Shown one piece after another: positions 1 through 9,864 of a DNA stretch of 64,000 nt. The position numbers and the translations under genes are program-made. Position 1 is the first letter of the stretch; every line of letters begins with the position of its first letter. The notes beneath the pieces are model-generated. The model searched no databases. It saw only the letters and a list, made by a program, of their open reading frames with translations, and was not told where the DNA came from. Source of the stretch: Candidatus Bathyarchaeota archaeon (lineage in GTDB: Archaea > Thermoproteota > Bathyarchaeia > Bathyarchaeales > Bathycorpusculaceae). The DNA is taken from NCBI GenBank assembly GCA_963815095.1, contig CAWFFH010000004.1, positions 231,790 to 295,789 of the forward strand. The letters are read 5' to 3'.

Positions 1-926
1 AACCCTTGAAAGCTGGCTTCATTAAGGATGAAAGTATTACCTGCGTCGATGTGAACTCTTCCATAAAGCCGAACGGTTGGAGCTTTGTAAAATGTGCGTC
101 CATAAGAAAAGAATGTTTTTCCCTGCTGAGCTTTGGGAACAAATGGAACCTCATCGCGGCTTAAGATAAATTTGTCAGCAACGTTGCTTACTATTGCTCG
201 CTGCAGCATGTATGAGAAAAGGTATGAGTCTCCACCATTTGTTACAATGATATCTGGGTCAAGTTCCTTTACCATCTTGCTCAACTGAAGAAGTTTATCT
301 GCTTCATCCCCTGAATCGATAACTACGTTTTTTTCTTCTTGCTCTAAGTTTACACACGCTATAGAATCTTGCAGGCTTGCAATCTTACCCTCTTTTGCGA
401 TTTCGATTTTGAGCTGCATTATTCTTAGCGGTGGAATCACGTAATCTATTCTTTCAACAGAATCCATCAAAGAGTACTTTAATCCAGATTTTGAGGTTTC
501 AACTTCTAAAAAAGCAAGAGGGAATAGGTCGTGAGTAAAAAAGTAGGTTCGATCGCCGCGTAAATCGCAGTTATGAACTTCAAGCCGCAAGTAGTCGCCT
601 ATTTTCAATATTTGATTAGTTAAAGATGAAACTCTTCTGCAATCTTTGAGAGTGATCTCTAAAACGCGGGATTTTTCAGCGTCGGTTGGCTGAGCAAATT
701 TGTATACAAAGTTCCAATTGGCAATATCTGGGTTTGAATAGATACACCCAACCAGTTTTTCAACGTCTTCTTTTTTGCCTGAGACGTAAATCTGCGGTTG
801 AAATTTGTCAGTTAGTCTGATTCTTTGGCCATTTTCACTTATTATCCAAACTGCCATTTCTCCAACGTTAGATGGATAAACGTCGAATATCCAGCCTCGA
901 ATCTTAGGGCTGGCGTTTGACTGCAT
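1..926 (-). CDS. polB2: Family B DNA polymerase, PolB2 group (5' part; runs off the window edge)
   Basis: Not in the ORF track. Read by hand from ATG at 926: MQSNASPKIRGWIFDVYP..., and the same frame reads RVHIDAGNTFILNEASFQG at the window edge. Both motifs are typical of PolB2, and it follows radA-like and small helical genes. Confidence 0.85.
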   Translation of the reverse strand, partial: MQSNASPKIRGWIFDVYPSNVGEMAVWIISENGQRIRLTDKFQPQIYVSGKKEDVEKLVGCIYSNPDIANWNFVYKFAQPTDAEKSRVLEITLKDCRRVSSLTNQILKIGDYLRLEVHNCDLRGDRTYFFTHDLFPLAFLEVETSKSGLKYSLMDSVERIDYVIPPLRIMQLKIEIAKEGKIASLQDSIACVNLEQEEKNVVIDSGDEADKLLQLSKMVKELDPDIIVTNGGDSYLFSYMLQRAIVSNVADKFILSRDEVPFVPKAQQGKTFFSYGRTFYKAPTVRLYGRVHIDAGNTFILNEASFQG

Positions 927-1164
927 CTAAAGCCTTCTCTAATCGTTTAATCTTCACTTGCTGGGAAAGTAGAATTGATATGACCATGGGTTCAAAAAGA
1001 ATAGGGTTAGTCGCGTTGCTTCCAGCTGAAGCATAGCTTCTGCAGGCATCCATCAAAGCTTCAAAAGCTGCTTTATCTTCAATTCTTAGTGCTTTCTCAA
1101 AGCCGTTCCATCGATTGATTTCATCTTCCAATGCCATCCGATAGGATTCAACGGTTTTACCCAT
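904..1164 (-). CDS. Small helical PolB2-associated protein (arCOG07300-like)
   Basis: MGKTVESYRMALEDEINRW...FEALMDACR...FEPMVISILL matches the conserved partner encoded between radA-like and polB2; overlaps both neighbours. Confidence 0.75.
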   Translation of the reverse strand: MGKTVESYRMALEDEINRWNGFEKALRIEDKAAFEALMDACRSYASAGSNATNPILFEPMVISILLSQQVKIKRLEKALDAVKRQP

Positions 1165-1889
1165 TACGCATTGTCCTCCGTAAAATTAGCTAAGGTTGAA
1201 GCTTCGTTTGATAACTCTACAGAGCCCGCCGAGAGGTAGGGATGTTTATCCAGCGTTATTCTTCTGGCGTAACTTGTCCTGTTTATCGACAATACAACGT
1301 TTGCTCTTTCGCATGTTTGCTTGTGGAGAAGATCGTTTCTTGAAGTGTCATTGTGCGGGGGATAAGTGGCAATTACAATTGTTTTTGTTTCTCTAGCAAA
1401 GTTTGAAAGGTAAGTCGCGACGTGGCAGAAGATTCTTTGAGTTTCAACTTCTGGAATGTCCTTGTCTAAGAAGAACCCCGCAATATCAGAAATGATAACG
1501 AGTTTTGCATTGTAGTTTTGAATTGTTGCTTTTAATTGGTCCTTGATAAGTGCAGCTGCTTGGTAGGCTGTGAAGGCTCTTGAAATGTAAATATTATCTA
1601 AAACTTTCCTGGGGCTAAGATGGTGAAGCCGCGCCAATTCAGCTATCTGGTAGAGCCTAAAAGTGTTCCCTCCATCAATAAAGATAACACTGCTTTGAAG
1701 GCCACCTAGCTGCACGGGAAGTTGCGCCCTTACACATAACAAAGATGCCAAAGATAAAACAGATGACGACCCATGTAGAACAGCAAAATCACCTAACGCG
1801 AATCCAGGAAAAATCTCGTTAACGCTTCTTAGGTTCAGCGAAAAAACCGGCTGAGACAACGTTTGCTTAACGATAATGTTTTGACTCAA
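1164..1889 (-). CDS. RadA/Rad51-like ATPase-fold protein, probably catalytically degenerate
   Basis: VIFIDGGNTF, ISRAFTAYQ and LVIISD motifs. The Walker A region reads HGSSSVLS, without GKT. Confidence 0.8.
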   Translation of the reverse strand: MSQNIIVKQTLSQPVFSLNLRSVNEIFPGFALGDFAVLHGSSSVLSLASLLCVRAQLPVQLGGLQSSVIFIDGGNTFRLYQIAELARLHHLSPRKVLDNIYISRAFTAYQAAALIKDQLKATIQNYNAKLVIISDIAGFFLDKDIPEVETQRIFCHVATYLSNFARETKTIVIATYPPHNDTSRNDLLHKQTCERANVVLSINRTSYARRITLDKHPYLSAGSVELSNEASTLANFTEDNA

Positions 1890-1986
1890 ATCCTCAATTC
1901 TCCCAATTGTCGAAGAATAGCTAAACGTACTTTTTGGTTTTTAAAGACCCTCTCCAAACGAACTTGCCAGGTAGTGGAGTCTACTG

Positions 1987-2078
1987 TGAAAATGAACCGA
2001 AATTCAGGTTAATGAATTGAAAGTGAATTGGATGAAGTGCTTCAAAACTGTTTCATCGACTGTTTCACTCTTGTTTCA
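1987..2078. promoter_or_regulatory. Clustered TTTC(A) repeats, candidate DNA-damage-response elements
   Basis: Minus-strand ANTTTC at 1988-1993, 1999-2004 and 2019-2024; plus-strand TGTTTCA at 2049, 2061 and 2072; TATA-like TTTAAAAA at 1945-1938. Confidence 0.55.
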
Positions 2079-2129
2079 GCCAACTGCCATAAGCCTCTAT
2101 GCACATATGGTAATATGGTGATAAACAAA

Positions 2130-2450
2130 ATGAACACAAAAAAAATTGTAATAGCTTTGGTCGCAGTAGCGGCCTTAACCTTGGTTGTCGTTGGATTAGC
2201 TTCAGCCCAAATAGCCGCTGACCAAACGCCAGTTGGCGCTACCCCCAACACAGCATCTCCAAACGGCGGGTTCTTTGGCTGGATAGGACGATGCTTTGGT
2301 TATGGAGTAAACCAACCATATTACAGCAGTAGCCCAAACACAGCTCAACAAGCGCCTCAATCTGACATCTCAACCCCCTCTCCATATGCGCCCTACCAAG
2401 GCAACTACGGCTACGGATATGGCTATGGACCATGCATGGGCATTCGGTAA
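2130..2450 (+). CDS. Secreted/membrane-anchored low-complexity protein with a GYGYG-rich C-terminus
   Basis: Signal-peptide-like MNTKKIVIALVAV. GGTGA SD before ATG 2130, so the ORF-track start at 2028 is too far upstream. Confidence 0.7.
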   Translation: MNTKKIVIALVAVAALTLVVVGLASAQIAADQTPVGATPNTASPNGGFFGWIGRCFGYGVNQPYYSSSPNTAQQAPQSDISTPSPYAPYQGNYGYGYGYGPCMGIR

Positions 2451-2596
2451 ATAGCCAACAAACCTCTTTTTCTTTTGAACCTATCTCAGAATTGAAATCA
2501 TGTCACCAATTTACAAAAAGCTCTATTCAACTAATTACTGACCAGGTTTTCTTTTGTAATTCGAATATCATGTATTATATTACTCGTTTGCTTTTT

Positions 2597-2827
2597 TTAG
2601 GCTTTCATTAATTGCCCATGGTCTTTTTCCATATGCAAATCAAGGTCATTCTTCGTATTGAAGGATTTTCCGCAAACAGGACAAATAAACTCATCTGTCT
2701 CCTGCTTTTCAATCGGTTCATGATTAGGCAACGAATTCTTAACATCCGGTGTGGGCGGGATAACTTCATTTGTTTCTGGAGGAATTTCCGGTTCTGGTTT
2801 AACGGCTGGCACGTCTGGTTCAGTCAT
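2597..2827 (-). CDS. C2H2 zinc-finger protein
   Basis: FICPVCGKSFNTKNDLDLHMEKDH after a Pro/Glu-rich N-terminus. Confidence 0.8.
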   Translation of the reverse strand: MTEPDVPAVKPEPEIPPETNEVIPPTPDVKNSLPNHEPIEKQETDEFICPVCGKSFNTKNDLDLHMEKDHGQLMKA

Positions 2828-3273
2828 ACTAAATCAAAAAATGTAAGTTGCCCTCTCTATCTTAAGCGTATGTGATAGCCTTCCTACTACAACATGTTAT
2901 CTGGCGTATATTCAAGTTTGGAGTATGAAGGCTTGTATTAGCGTTTTTTTTCTTGGGCAGTGGTCGTCTATGCACCGGCCGCATCTTTGAATTGTTCGGC
3001 AGCTGTAGGGTCTAATTCGTGTTTTTCCAACTTTATTGGTTAAAAACCAAATAATTTGGTGTCGTGTTATGGAAGTTGCTACAAAACGTCCGATTTCATT
3101 CTAAACCCGTTGAAAACCCATTCACAAATTGTTCCAGAGTTATGGCTTCGATATTTTCTAGATGAAAATTGAGAGGTTTTCAATTTAGATGTCTGCCAAC
3201 TTCTATAAAAATTCAAGAAGCAGAGATTAATATTAATTTACCAAACTTAAATGAAGTTAAAAAAAACCTTTTA

Positions 3274-3396
3274 TCACGTGACTTTAAAGTTATGTTTACA
3301 ATTCTTGCAAGTATAGGATTCTATGCAGAACATGTGGTTTTTTAGGGTTTTGTCGGGTTTTAAAACCTCTTTCCCGCAGTTAGGACATTTAGCCAA
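3274..3396 (-). CDS. 40-aa zinc-ribbon microprotein, Cren7-like
   Basis: Hand translation from TTG: MAKCPNCGKEVLKPDKTLKNHMFCIESYTCKNCKHNFKVT; resembles 51076-51240. Confidence 0.7.
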   Translation of the reverse strand: MAKCPNCGKEVLKPDKTLKNHMFCIESYTCKNCKHNFKVT

Positions 3397-3615
3397 TAAT
3401 GCAACCTGCCAAACTTCTATAGTAAATCCCGAAAAATCTTATGAATGTTGGTTGGCACAAAAAGAGACAACAAACTACCAAAAAGGTTCTTTTATTAATT
3501 CATTAATTATGATCAATGGATGCATTAAGATCTATAATCGAAATAGTTTAGCTAAACTTTTCTAGTTTGCAACTCTGAAATTTATCAAATAATGAGGAAT
3601 ATAGTTAAGTATTAA

Positions 3616-3852
3616 CTATGGAGTGTAAATAGCTAAGTCAATTTCACTATCCAATATTGCCAATGAACGGTCTTTAACAATCATCTTAATTTGCTCAACG
3701 CAATCGGCGGGTAAACCCTTGAAATGTATCGTACAACCTGTTTGCAGGGGATTGTTGGGTTCACTTTCCTCTATAGACATAGCTTGCGGTCCCAAATCTG
3801 GAATTTTGCTTGCAATTTCTTTTATAAGATTCATAGCTTGAACCCTATCCAC
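3616..3852 (-). CDS. Small hypothetical protein, R-x2-A-x3-[ILM]KE[IL] family (copy 1)
   Basis: N-terminus MDRVQAMNLIKEI; similar to 27859-28074 and 37288-37569. Confidence 0.7.
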   Translation of the reverse strand: MDRVQAMNLIKEIASKIPDLGPQAMSIEESEPNNPLQTGCTIHFKGLPADCVEQIKMIVKDRSLAILDSEIDLAIYTP

Positions 3853-4338
3853 TATTAATCCCCGTATTGCTTTTTTCTTTAGCTTCTGATGGTTTTTGTT
3901 GCTTTAAAAAGAGGTAAATGCCCCCGTAGTAGCTTTTGTTTAGAAGAGGAGCTTTACGGTTGCTCATATTTTGACTACCTCTGCGTATTCTCTATGGATC
4001 ATTAGTTTAAATTCCATGATCTCAGCCTAATGGCAAGATAGCCTATTTGGTAAATAACACTTCTTAAGAAGCACGATTCTCGCAATCTGCAAAGAAACCT
4101 TTGCTTCTTGCAAACTCTATTTTGCAAATTAAGCGAACAGAGCTTCACAACAAAAATATCGAGACTTGTGTTATGTTAAGTTAAGGCAAAAAATTGTTTC
4201 CATTAAGAATGCCGTAAAACAATTTGAAATTTAGTTCTTGTAAAGATTAATCATCTTTAAGGATAAATTAGTGGTTGCAAGTTGAAGTCACATACCCTAA
4301 TATGATCTTATGAAAACTTTTCTTTGAAGGTAAACAAA

Positions 4339-4734
4339 ATGAACATACAAATCGCATACACGACTCAAACGTCAAAAACTGTGCCGCAGACGTTAGAAGC
4401 GTTAACTGGCACTCTTAAAGAGCGAAGCTTCAGTATATTAAGCACTATAAATGTAAGCAAAATAATCAAGGAAAAAACAGGCACCGACATCGATGACTAC
4501 CTCATATTGGATGTATGCAACGCCAAAGACGCCAGCCACGCCCTATCACTTCACAAAGAAGTAGGGTTAGTGCTTCCATGTAAAATCATTATCTACAAAG
4601 ACAACGAAAAAACCAAGATTTCCATGTACCGCCCAACAGAATCTATAAAAGTCCTTGGTTTTAGCGACTTAAAAGAGCTTGCGCAAGATGTTGAACATCA
4701 TTTAAAAGAAGCTATTGATAGTGCAACAGTTTAA
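4339..4734 (+). CDS. DUF302 family protein
   Basis: YLILDVCN...VGLVLPCKIIIY signature; likely start is ATG 4339. Confidence 0.85.
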   Translation: MNIQIAYTTQTSKTVPQTLEALTGTLKERSFSILSTINVSKIIKEKTGTDIDDYLILDVCNAKDASHALSLHKEVGLVLPCKIIIYKDNEKTKISMYRPTESIKVLGFSDLKELAQDVEHHLKEAIDSATV

Positions 4735-4751
4735 GCAAAACGTGACTGCAG

Positions 4752-5156
4752 TTATCTATTCCTGAGTTTGAGTCTGTGATTGCGTTTATGTTCTTTAGCT
4801 TTTTCCAACAACATTTTCTTTAACGTTGTTTTCGAAATAAACGTATTATAAGTTAATTCCCCGTCTATCCGGTTTATTTTAAGCAAGTGCTCAATAACTA
4901 ACCGTGCTTGATAGACCGTTAAGTTTAGTCTTTCAGCAAGATCGTTTAAATAGACTTTTCCGCTGGATAATTCAAAGCTCAAAGCTCCAATTTCGGTTAG
5001 CTCAAAGAAAATCGTTTCTGTCATGTTAGGAGTAAATATCCCAAGAATTTTCCCCTTGCAAATATCCTCTTCAAAAGAACGTTTGACAGCTTCAATAGAG
5101 CAATTGCTTTTTTGTGCTTCATCTTTTAAGTTAGTTACCTTCAATTTTTCTTCCAA
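4752..5156 (-). CDS. Hypothetical protein with a PCI/winged-helix-like domain
   Basis: GKVYLNDLAERLNL...LLKINRIDGEL pattern. Confidence 0.55.
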   Translation of the reverse strand: MEEKLKVTNLKDEAQKSNCSIEAVKRSFEEDICKGKILGIFTPNMTETIFFELTEIGALSFELSSGKVYLNDLAERLNLTVYQARLVIEHLLKINRIDGELTYNTFISKTTLKKMLLEKAKEHKRNHRLKLRNR

Positions 5157-5254
5157 GCTTTTTGATGACTATTAGTATTTTTTTTCCTCCGTATTCTCTG
5201 CAAGTTTTTTCTTTTAAGAAATGTGTTTAACTGTAAAGCGCTAATTTTGGTCTT

Positions 5255-6421
5255 TTATTTTTTTGACTTTTTACCTGGCACCTTCGCTAATGCGATTAGT
5301 ATAACTCCTGCAACAGCAATTGAAGCGGTGATTGTGGCGATAATTGGTAAATCAATATTGTTTGAAGATGTGACTGTTGGAGATTTTAACCGTGAATCCT
5401 GGATGGGGGTTGTCAGACTTAATGCGTTAAGTGGAGAGACGTTCAAGGAGGAATAGCTGTTTGAGAGGTAATAATTTGTTCCGATGCCATCTTTAAAAGA
5501 CGATAAAGTTGCAGAGCCTGTTACCGTTAAATCTTTGGAAGGCATCTCCCATATAACAACCGCTTTAATGTAAGGATATTGATTTGGCAACGTATTAGTT
5601 AGCAAAGTATTCCAATATTGTCCTTTATTAGCCCCAGAATACCCTATTTCTGGAATCATTACAGGCTTATTTGTCATTGCATGAATATTTGCAAGTTCAA
5701 CGTCACCTGAATGGACTAAGTCGCCATAGATGTCTGTGCCAACCCAGTCAACATAGTTGTCGCCAGGATAGACAGATTTTAATGTGCTAGTTGAATCTCC
5801 AACATCACCTGGGCACCAAACCCAGCTTATTTGATTTCCACCCGCATTCCTAACAACATTTACTATATGTTGCCATGCTTGAACAAACTTAGCAGGTGTG
5901 TTGCCTATTCCACTATCCCATGGATAAATTCCATAACCATTATTAATTGTATAGTCCGTCCAGGGTCCAGTAAATTCCCACATTAAACGGACAAAATATG
6001 GATGCCCCCATTGTGCAGAAGCTTGACCCCATGCCGTTAAGTAAGTATCACATTTACCTTCAATAATATCTTGAAGACTTGAAAATATGCCTCCATTACC
6101 TGCTTCAGGTGACCAGCTAACCATAGGTATTGCCCCATGATTTCTGCTTTGATCCATCAAAGCATTATCAAAATTGGGGATATTTTCGCTATCTTGCGGT
6201 CTGTTCCAAAGTTGTATCCAGTTCCAGATTGACACGCCTTTGCCGACTTGCCCTTCAAAATTTGTAAGTAAATTGTAGTTACCAATATGGCTACTTCCAA
6301 CCCATGCACCCCAATAAATCGGATATCTGCTTGATGAAGCCGCTTTGGTACTTGATGAGAAGATTGCGCAGACTAAAACAATGATAACAAAAAAAGTCAA
6401 AGTTTTCTTGAATAGATTCAA
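5255..6421 (-). CDS. Secreted, membrane-anchored glycoside hydrolase family 26 (beta-mannanase-like)
   Basis: Signal peptide; RLMWEFTG (acid/base), YPGDNYVDWVG and KPVMIPEIG (nucleophile) motifs; C-terminal TM helix plus basic tail. Confidence 0.85.
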   Translation of the reverse strand: MNLFKKTLTFFVIIVLVCAIFSSSTKAASSSRYPIYWGAWVGSSHIGNYNLLTNFEGQVGKGVSIWNWIQLWNRPQDSENIPNFDNALMDQSRNHGAIPMVSWSPEAGNGGIFSSLQDIIEGKCDTYLTAWGQASAQWGHPYFVRLMWEFTGPWTDYTINNGYGIYPWDSGIGNTPAKFVQAWQHIVNVVRNAGGNQISWVWCPGDVGDSTSTLKSVYPGDNYVDWVGTDIYGDLVHSGDVELANIHAMTNKPVMIPEIGYSGANKGQYWNTLLTNTLPNQYPYIKAVVIWEMPSKDLTVTGSATLSSFKDGIGTNYYLSNSYSSLNVSPLNALSLTTPIQDSRLKSPTVTSSNNIDLPIIATITASIAVAGVILIALAKVPGKKSKK

Positions 6422-6608
6422 TGTTTCTCCAATCCTAAAACATGCTGGTACTACAATAGTTGATATGATGCCAACAGCTTAACTGATTCTTTCTAATTTA
6501 AAGATGCTCAATGAAATTCGCGAGAAGCTCTTAGCAAATATGACGAATGAAAGTTGCTCTTGGATTCAATCAGGTATCTCGTATTATCCTATTTTTATGA
6601 CTTGGTTA

Positions 6609-6734
6609 TTAACTGTCTACTAGATGGGCTGTGCCGTCTGGGCAAAAGACTTTTTCGCCTAAGTGGACTTGGGCAAAGCGTCGTTTACATTCTGATAGTT
6701 GTCTTTCGCATCCGTCACAATCTCGTGATAACAT
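6609..6734 (-). CDS. 41-aa Cys/His-rich microprotein
   Basis: Hand translation MLSRDCDGCERQLSECKRRFAQVHLGEKVFCPDGTAHLVDS; AGGTGA SD and a TATA-like CTATAAG upstream. Confidence 0.7.
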   Translation of the reverse strand: MLSRDCDGCERQLSECKRRFAQVHLGEKVFCPDGTAHLVDS

Positions 6735-6834
6735 ATCATCACCTTATTATGACATGCGTCATAAGTTGCTTATAGGCTTTCTCATTTTTTTTCGATTTTA
6801 CTATAATTTAAGCCATCCAATATCATGTACCTGA

Positions 6835-6935
6835 TCTCGCCGACTATTGTTGTCGGCTACTCCCACAAACGTGTTCCCAACTAAACACCTACGAGAAATG
6901 CCCTAAATGTGGCTCCCAAACTTACTTCTTTTTTT
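6835..6935 (+). ncRNA. Candidate structured sRNA with three TCCCA motifs
   Basis: TATA-like 6801-6812; stems TCTCG/CGAGA, CCGAC/GTCGG and GTGTT/AACAC; T-run 6929-6935. Confidence 0.45.
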
Positions 6936-6946
6936 ATTTTCTGCAG

Positions 6947-9025
6947 TTAGGTTTTGAGTAACTCAAGCATTTTGTCAATTTTGTTGGTAGGTGGCATGCA
7001 GGTTTGGTCACGGCAAACGTATGCAGTGGGTTTGTGTTGGAGTTTCTCGTAGATTAAAGTTGGATTGGACTTGGCTTTTTCGGGCGTCCACATAGTCACG
7101 GTTAAGTTGGGTAAGTACGGTTTTCTTAAAGCCGCAAGCATTGCTACTATTACCTTGTCCGCTGGGTCACCCACTAAAACAACATTAAATGACGGTCCCA
7201 AAGCGAACTCTAACCCCGCAAGCAAAAACGTATGCCCAAGCGGTTGATTTTTAACTTCTTCTGAAAACGCCTTCAGCAGTTTTGTAGCGTAAGTTTCAAA
7301 GTAAACGTCTCCAGTTAAACGTGACAAACGCAGCAGATTATGCATAGCCACCGAGTTTCCTGAAGGCGCTGCTCCATCATAGATTTGTTTGAGTCTCGGA
7401 ACCGAATCGTCATCGGTTGAGGCAGTGAAGAAAAAGCCGCTTGTTTTCTCATCCCAAAATTGGTTAATCATAGTTTTGGTTAATTCAATGGAAACTTCCA
7501 AGTATTTCTCATCAAAACCAGCTTCGTAGAGCTCAATTAACCCGAAAACCAGGTACGCGTAATCATCTAAAAACCCATAAATCGCCCTTTCACCCTTCGC
7601 ATAACGATGGAATAGCTTAGAATCAGGGGTTTTCATAGTTTTTAGAATGAAATCTGTTGTTTTTGTTGCCGCTTCTAGATATTTTGGGTTCCCTAAAACT
7701 TGACTTGCCCGAGCTAAAGCAGCAATCATCAATCCGTTCCAATCAACCAGAACCTTATCGTCTTTTGCTGGATGAACCCGTTTCTCTCTATATTGGAAAA
7801 GGGCGTTAGTGATTTTTGCGAGCTTACCTATAAGTTCATCCATTATTAGTTTTGATTCTGAAGCCACCAGTTCTAGGGGTGTAGCAAGGTGAAGAATATT
7901 TTTTCCTGTTTTGCCTTTTTGTGGCTCATAATAGTTGCCTTCAGATTTTACGCCGAAGAACTTGATTGCTAACTCCGTGTCTTCTTGCGTAGCTTGCCTG
8001 ATTTCATCAAGAGTCCAGAGGTAAAATTTTCCTTCTTCTCCTTCACTATCAGCATCTTCAGCTGAATAGAAACCTCCTTCTAGTGACGCCAAATCTCTCA
8101 AGACATATTCTATTGTTTCCTTTGCTGTTATCATGAATTTTGCCTCGCCCGACTCTTGGTATGCTTCAAGGTAAGCTAACGTTAGCAGTGCTTGGTCATA
8201 GAGCATTTTCTCGAAATGCGGAACCAACCATTGAGCGTCGGTGGAGTAACGATGAAAACCAAGACCTACTTGGTCGAATATACCGCCTAACCTCATTGCG
8301 CGCAGGGTTTTTTCAACCATCGTCCAGGCGGATTTTTCTTTTGTTCTATTATAGTATCTTAAAAGGAATAATAGGTTGTGCGGGGAAGGGAATTTTGGGG
8401 CGTTGCCAAATCCTCCGTTTTCCTGGTCAAAACGTAAAAACAATTGCTCGTAAGCGTTATCAAGCGTAGCTTTGTCGAGATGATTTTCTGTTTCGGCTCC
8501 TGCCTGAATTGTTAATTGCTCTTTGACTTCTTTGCCTATTGATTCCATCTCTGCTTTTCTGGTTTTCCAAATCTCCCCAATTTGAGGAACAAGGCTCAAC
8601 ATCCCAACTGTGCCATACCGATTGTCCTTTGGGATGTAGCTGCCTACGAAAAAAGGGTTTTTTTCTGGAGACATTATGACGTTTAGGGGCCAGCCGCAGC
8701 TTCGTCCCATTGATTGGCAAACTGCCATGTATGCAGCGTCAAGGTCTGGGCGTTCTTCGCGGTCAACTTTGATGCAGATGAAAGTTTGGTTCATTAGCTG
8801 GGCAACTGGGGCATCTTCGAAACTTTCTTTTTCCATAACGTGGCACCAGTGGCATGTTGAGTAACCTATAGAAACAAAAACTGGTTTATCCTCCGCTTTA
8901 GCCCTCTCAAAAGCCTCCGGGCTCCATGGGTACCAATCAACAGGGTTGTAAGCATGCTGAAGAAGATACGGACTTTTCTCTTTAATCAGCCTGTTAGGTT
9001 TTCTTTCTTCAGAAATGTTCTGCAT
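6947..9025 (-). CDS. Thioredoxin-domain YyaL/SPATA20 (DUF255) family protein
   Basis: [25 protein letters not shown] and PHFEKMLYD motifs. Confidence 0.92.
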   Translation of the reverse strand: MQNISEERKPNRLIKEKSPYLLQHAYNPVDWYPWSPEAFERAKAEDKPVFVSIGYSTCHWCHVMEKESFEDAPVAQLMNQTFICIKVDREERPDLDAAYMAVCQSMGRSCGWPLNVIMSPEKNPFFVGSYIPKDNRYGTVGMLSLVPQIGEIWKTRKAEMESIGKEVKEQLTIQAGAETENHLDKATLDNAYEQLFLRFDQENGGFGNAPKFPSPHNLLFLLRYYNRTKEKSAWTMVEKTLRAMRLGGIFDQVGLGFHRYSTDAQWLVPHFEKMLYDQALLTLAYLEAYQESGEAKFMITAKETIEYVLRDLASLEGGFYSAEDADSEGEEGKFYLWTLDEIRQATQEDTELAIKFFGVKSEGNYYEPQKGKTGKNILHLATPLELVASESKLIMDELIGKLAKITNALFQYREKRVHPAKDDKVLVDWNGLMIAALARASQVLGNPKYLEAATKTTDFILKTMKTPDSKLFHRYAKGERAIYGFLDDYAYLVFGLIELYEAGFDEKYLEVSIELTKTMINQFWDEKTSGFFFTASTDDDSVPRLKQIYDGAAPSGNSVAMHNLLRLSRLTGDVYFETYATKLLKAFSEEVKNQPLGHTFLLAGLEFALGPSFNVVLVGDPADKVIVAMLAALRKPYLPNLTVTMWTPEKAKSNPTLIYEKLQHKPTAYVCRDQTCMPPTNKIDKMLELLKT

Positions 9026-9096
9026 AAAAGAAGTCTCCTACTATACAAAGAACTGGTAGCTTATTTATCTATTAAACAAAAAAGAAGAATTAGGGC

Positions 9097-9543
9097 TTAA
9101 TATTTTACGCTGAGGTAAAGCAACACTGACAAAGCAGCTAACTCAAAGAGTGCAGGGAGAAATGCGAACGGTCCAAGACCGTATACTCTAAATCTAAACA
9201 GTCCAGTTACGAATGGGTGCGATGCAATGTCTTTTAGTAGGAATGCTGCTGCGAAAATTATCAGTCCAACTGTAAAGGGTGACCGAGTTTTATTATAGAT
9301 GCTTAAATATGATATTAAAACGATTACGAGTAATGCGATATTTATTGTCGCTATTATTGTGAAGGCTACGTAGAAGTATTCAAAGTCACCTGGAACGGAT
9401 CCTCCAGGTGGTAAAGCGCGTCTTACTAGAAAAGTGGGCTCGTGTAATGCGACTAGTGCCCAAAGAGCGGTAACTACTGCGACAGTTGCTATAATAGTGA
9501 TAATTATTCCTACTTTGAATCTATTGCTCATTTGTTTCTCCAT
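9097..9543 (-). CDS. Membrane protein cotranscribed with an HTH regulator
   Basis: Four hydrophobic segments; 18 bp downstream of the HTH gene. Confidence 0.75.
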   Translation of the reverse strand: MEKQMSNRFKVGIIITIIATVAVVTALWALVALHEPTFLVRRALPPGGSVPGDFEYFYVAFTIIATINIALLVIVLISYLSIYNKTRSPFTVGLIIFAAAFLLKDIASHPFVTGLFRFRVYGLGPFAFLPALFELAALSVLLYLSVKY

Positions 9544-9561
9544 TTTGGTGTTCTCCTTTTT

Positions 9562-9864
9562 CTACTTTTTCCCGATTTTTTGCATAATCTCCTCAAATAG
9601 GAAATAATTGTCTTCCATTGTTTGAGATAGAAAGTAAGTTGCTCCATACCTGTCACCGACAGAAGTTATTATTTTGTTCTTCTCTAAGACTTCAAGGTGA
9701 TGCCGCATCGTTTTGTAATCCATTTTTAGCGAGGTAGCAAGTTGATTTGCGTTCTGTGGAGTCTCTTTGAGCGAAGTGATTATTTTTGCACGGGTTGGTC
9801 CGCCTCTGGTACCTGCGATTAGCCATCCTAGCAGGTATTTTAAGGAACGTGCATTTGCGGACAT
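9562..9864 (-). CDS. ArsR-like winged-helix transcriptional regulator
   Basis: GTRGGPTRAKII...NANQLA...DYKTMRHHLEVL. Confidence 0.85.
   Translation of the reverse strand: MSANARSLKYLLGWLIAGTRGGPTRAKIITSLKETPQNANQLATSLKMDYKTMRHHLEVLEKNKIITSVGDRYGATYFLSQTMEDNYFLFEEIMQKIGKK

Noticed and set aside
3323-3565. 80-aa plus-strand ORF
   Set aside because: Antisense to the better-supported Cren7-like micro-ORF.
3845-3967. 40-codon minus-strand ORF with a GAGGT SD (also a 55-codon ORF at 25951-26118)
   Set aside because: No recognisable motif or paralog; cannot be supported without conservation data.
6554-6834. Two plus-strand ORFs
   Set aside because: No motifs; the minus-strand 41-aa ORF has the SD and Cys pattern.
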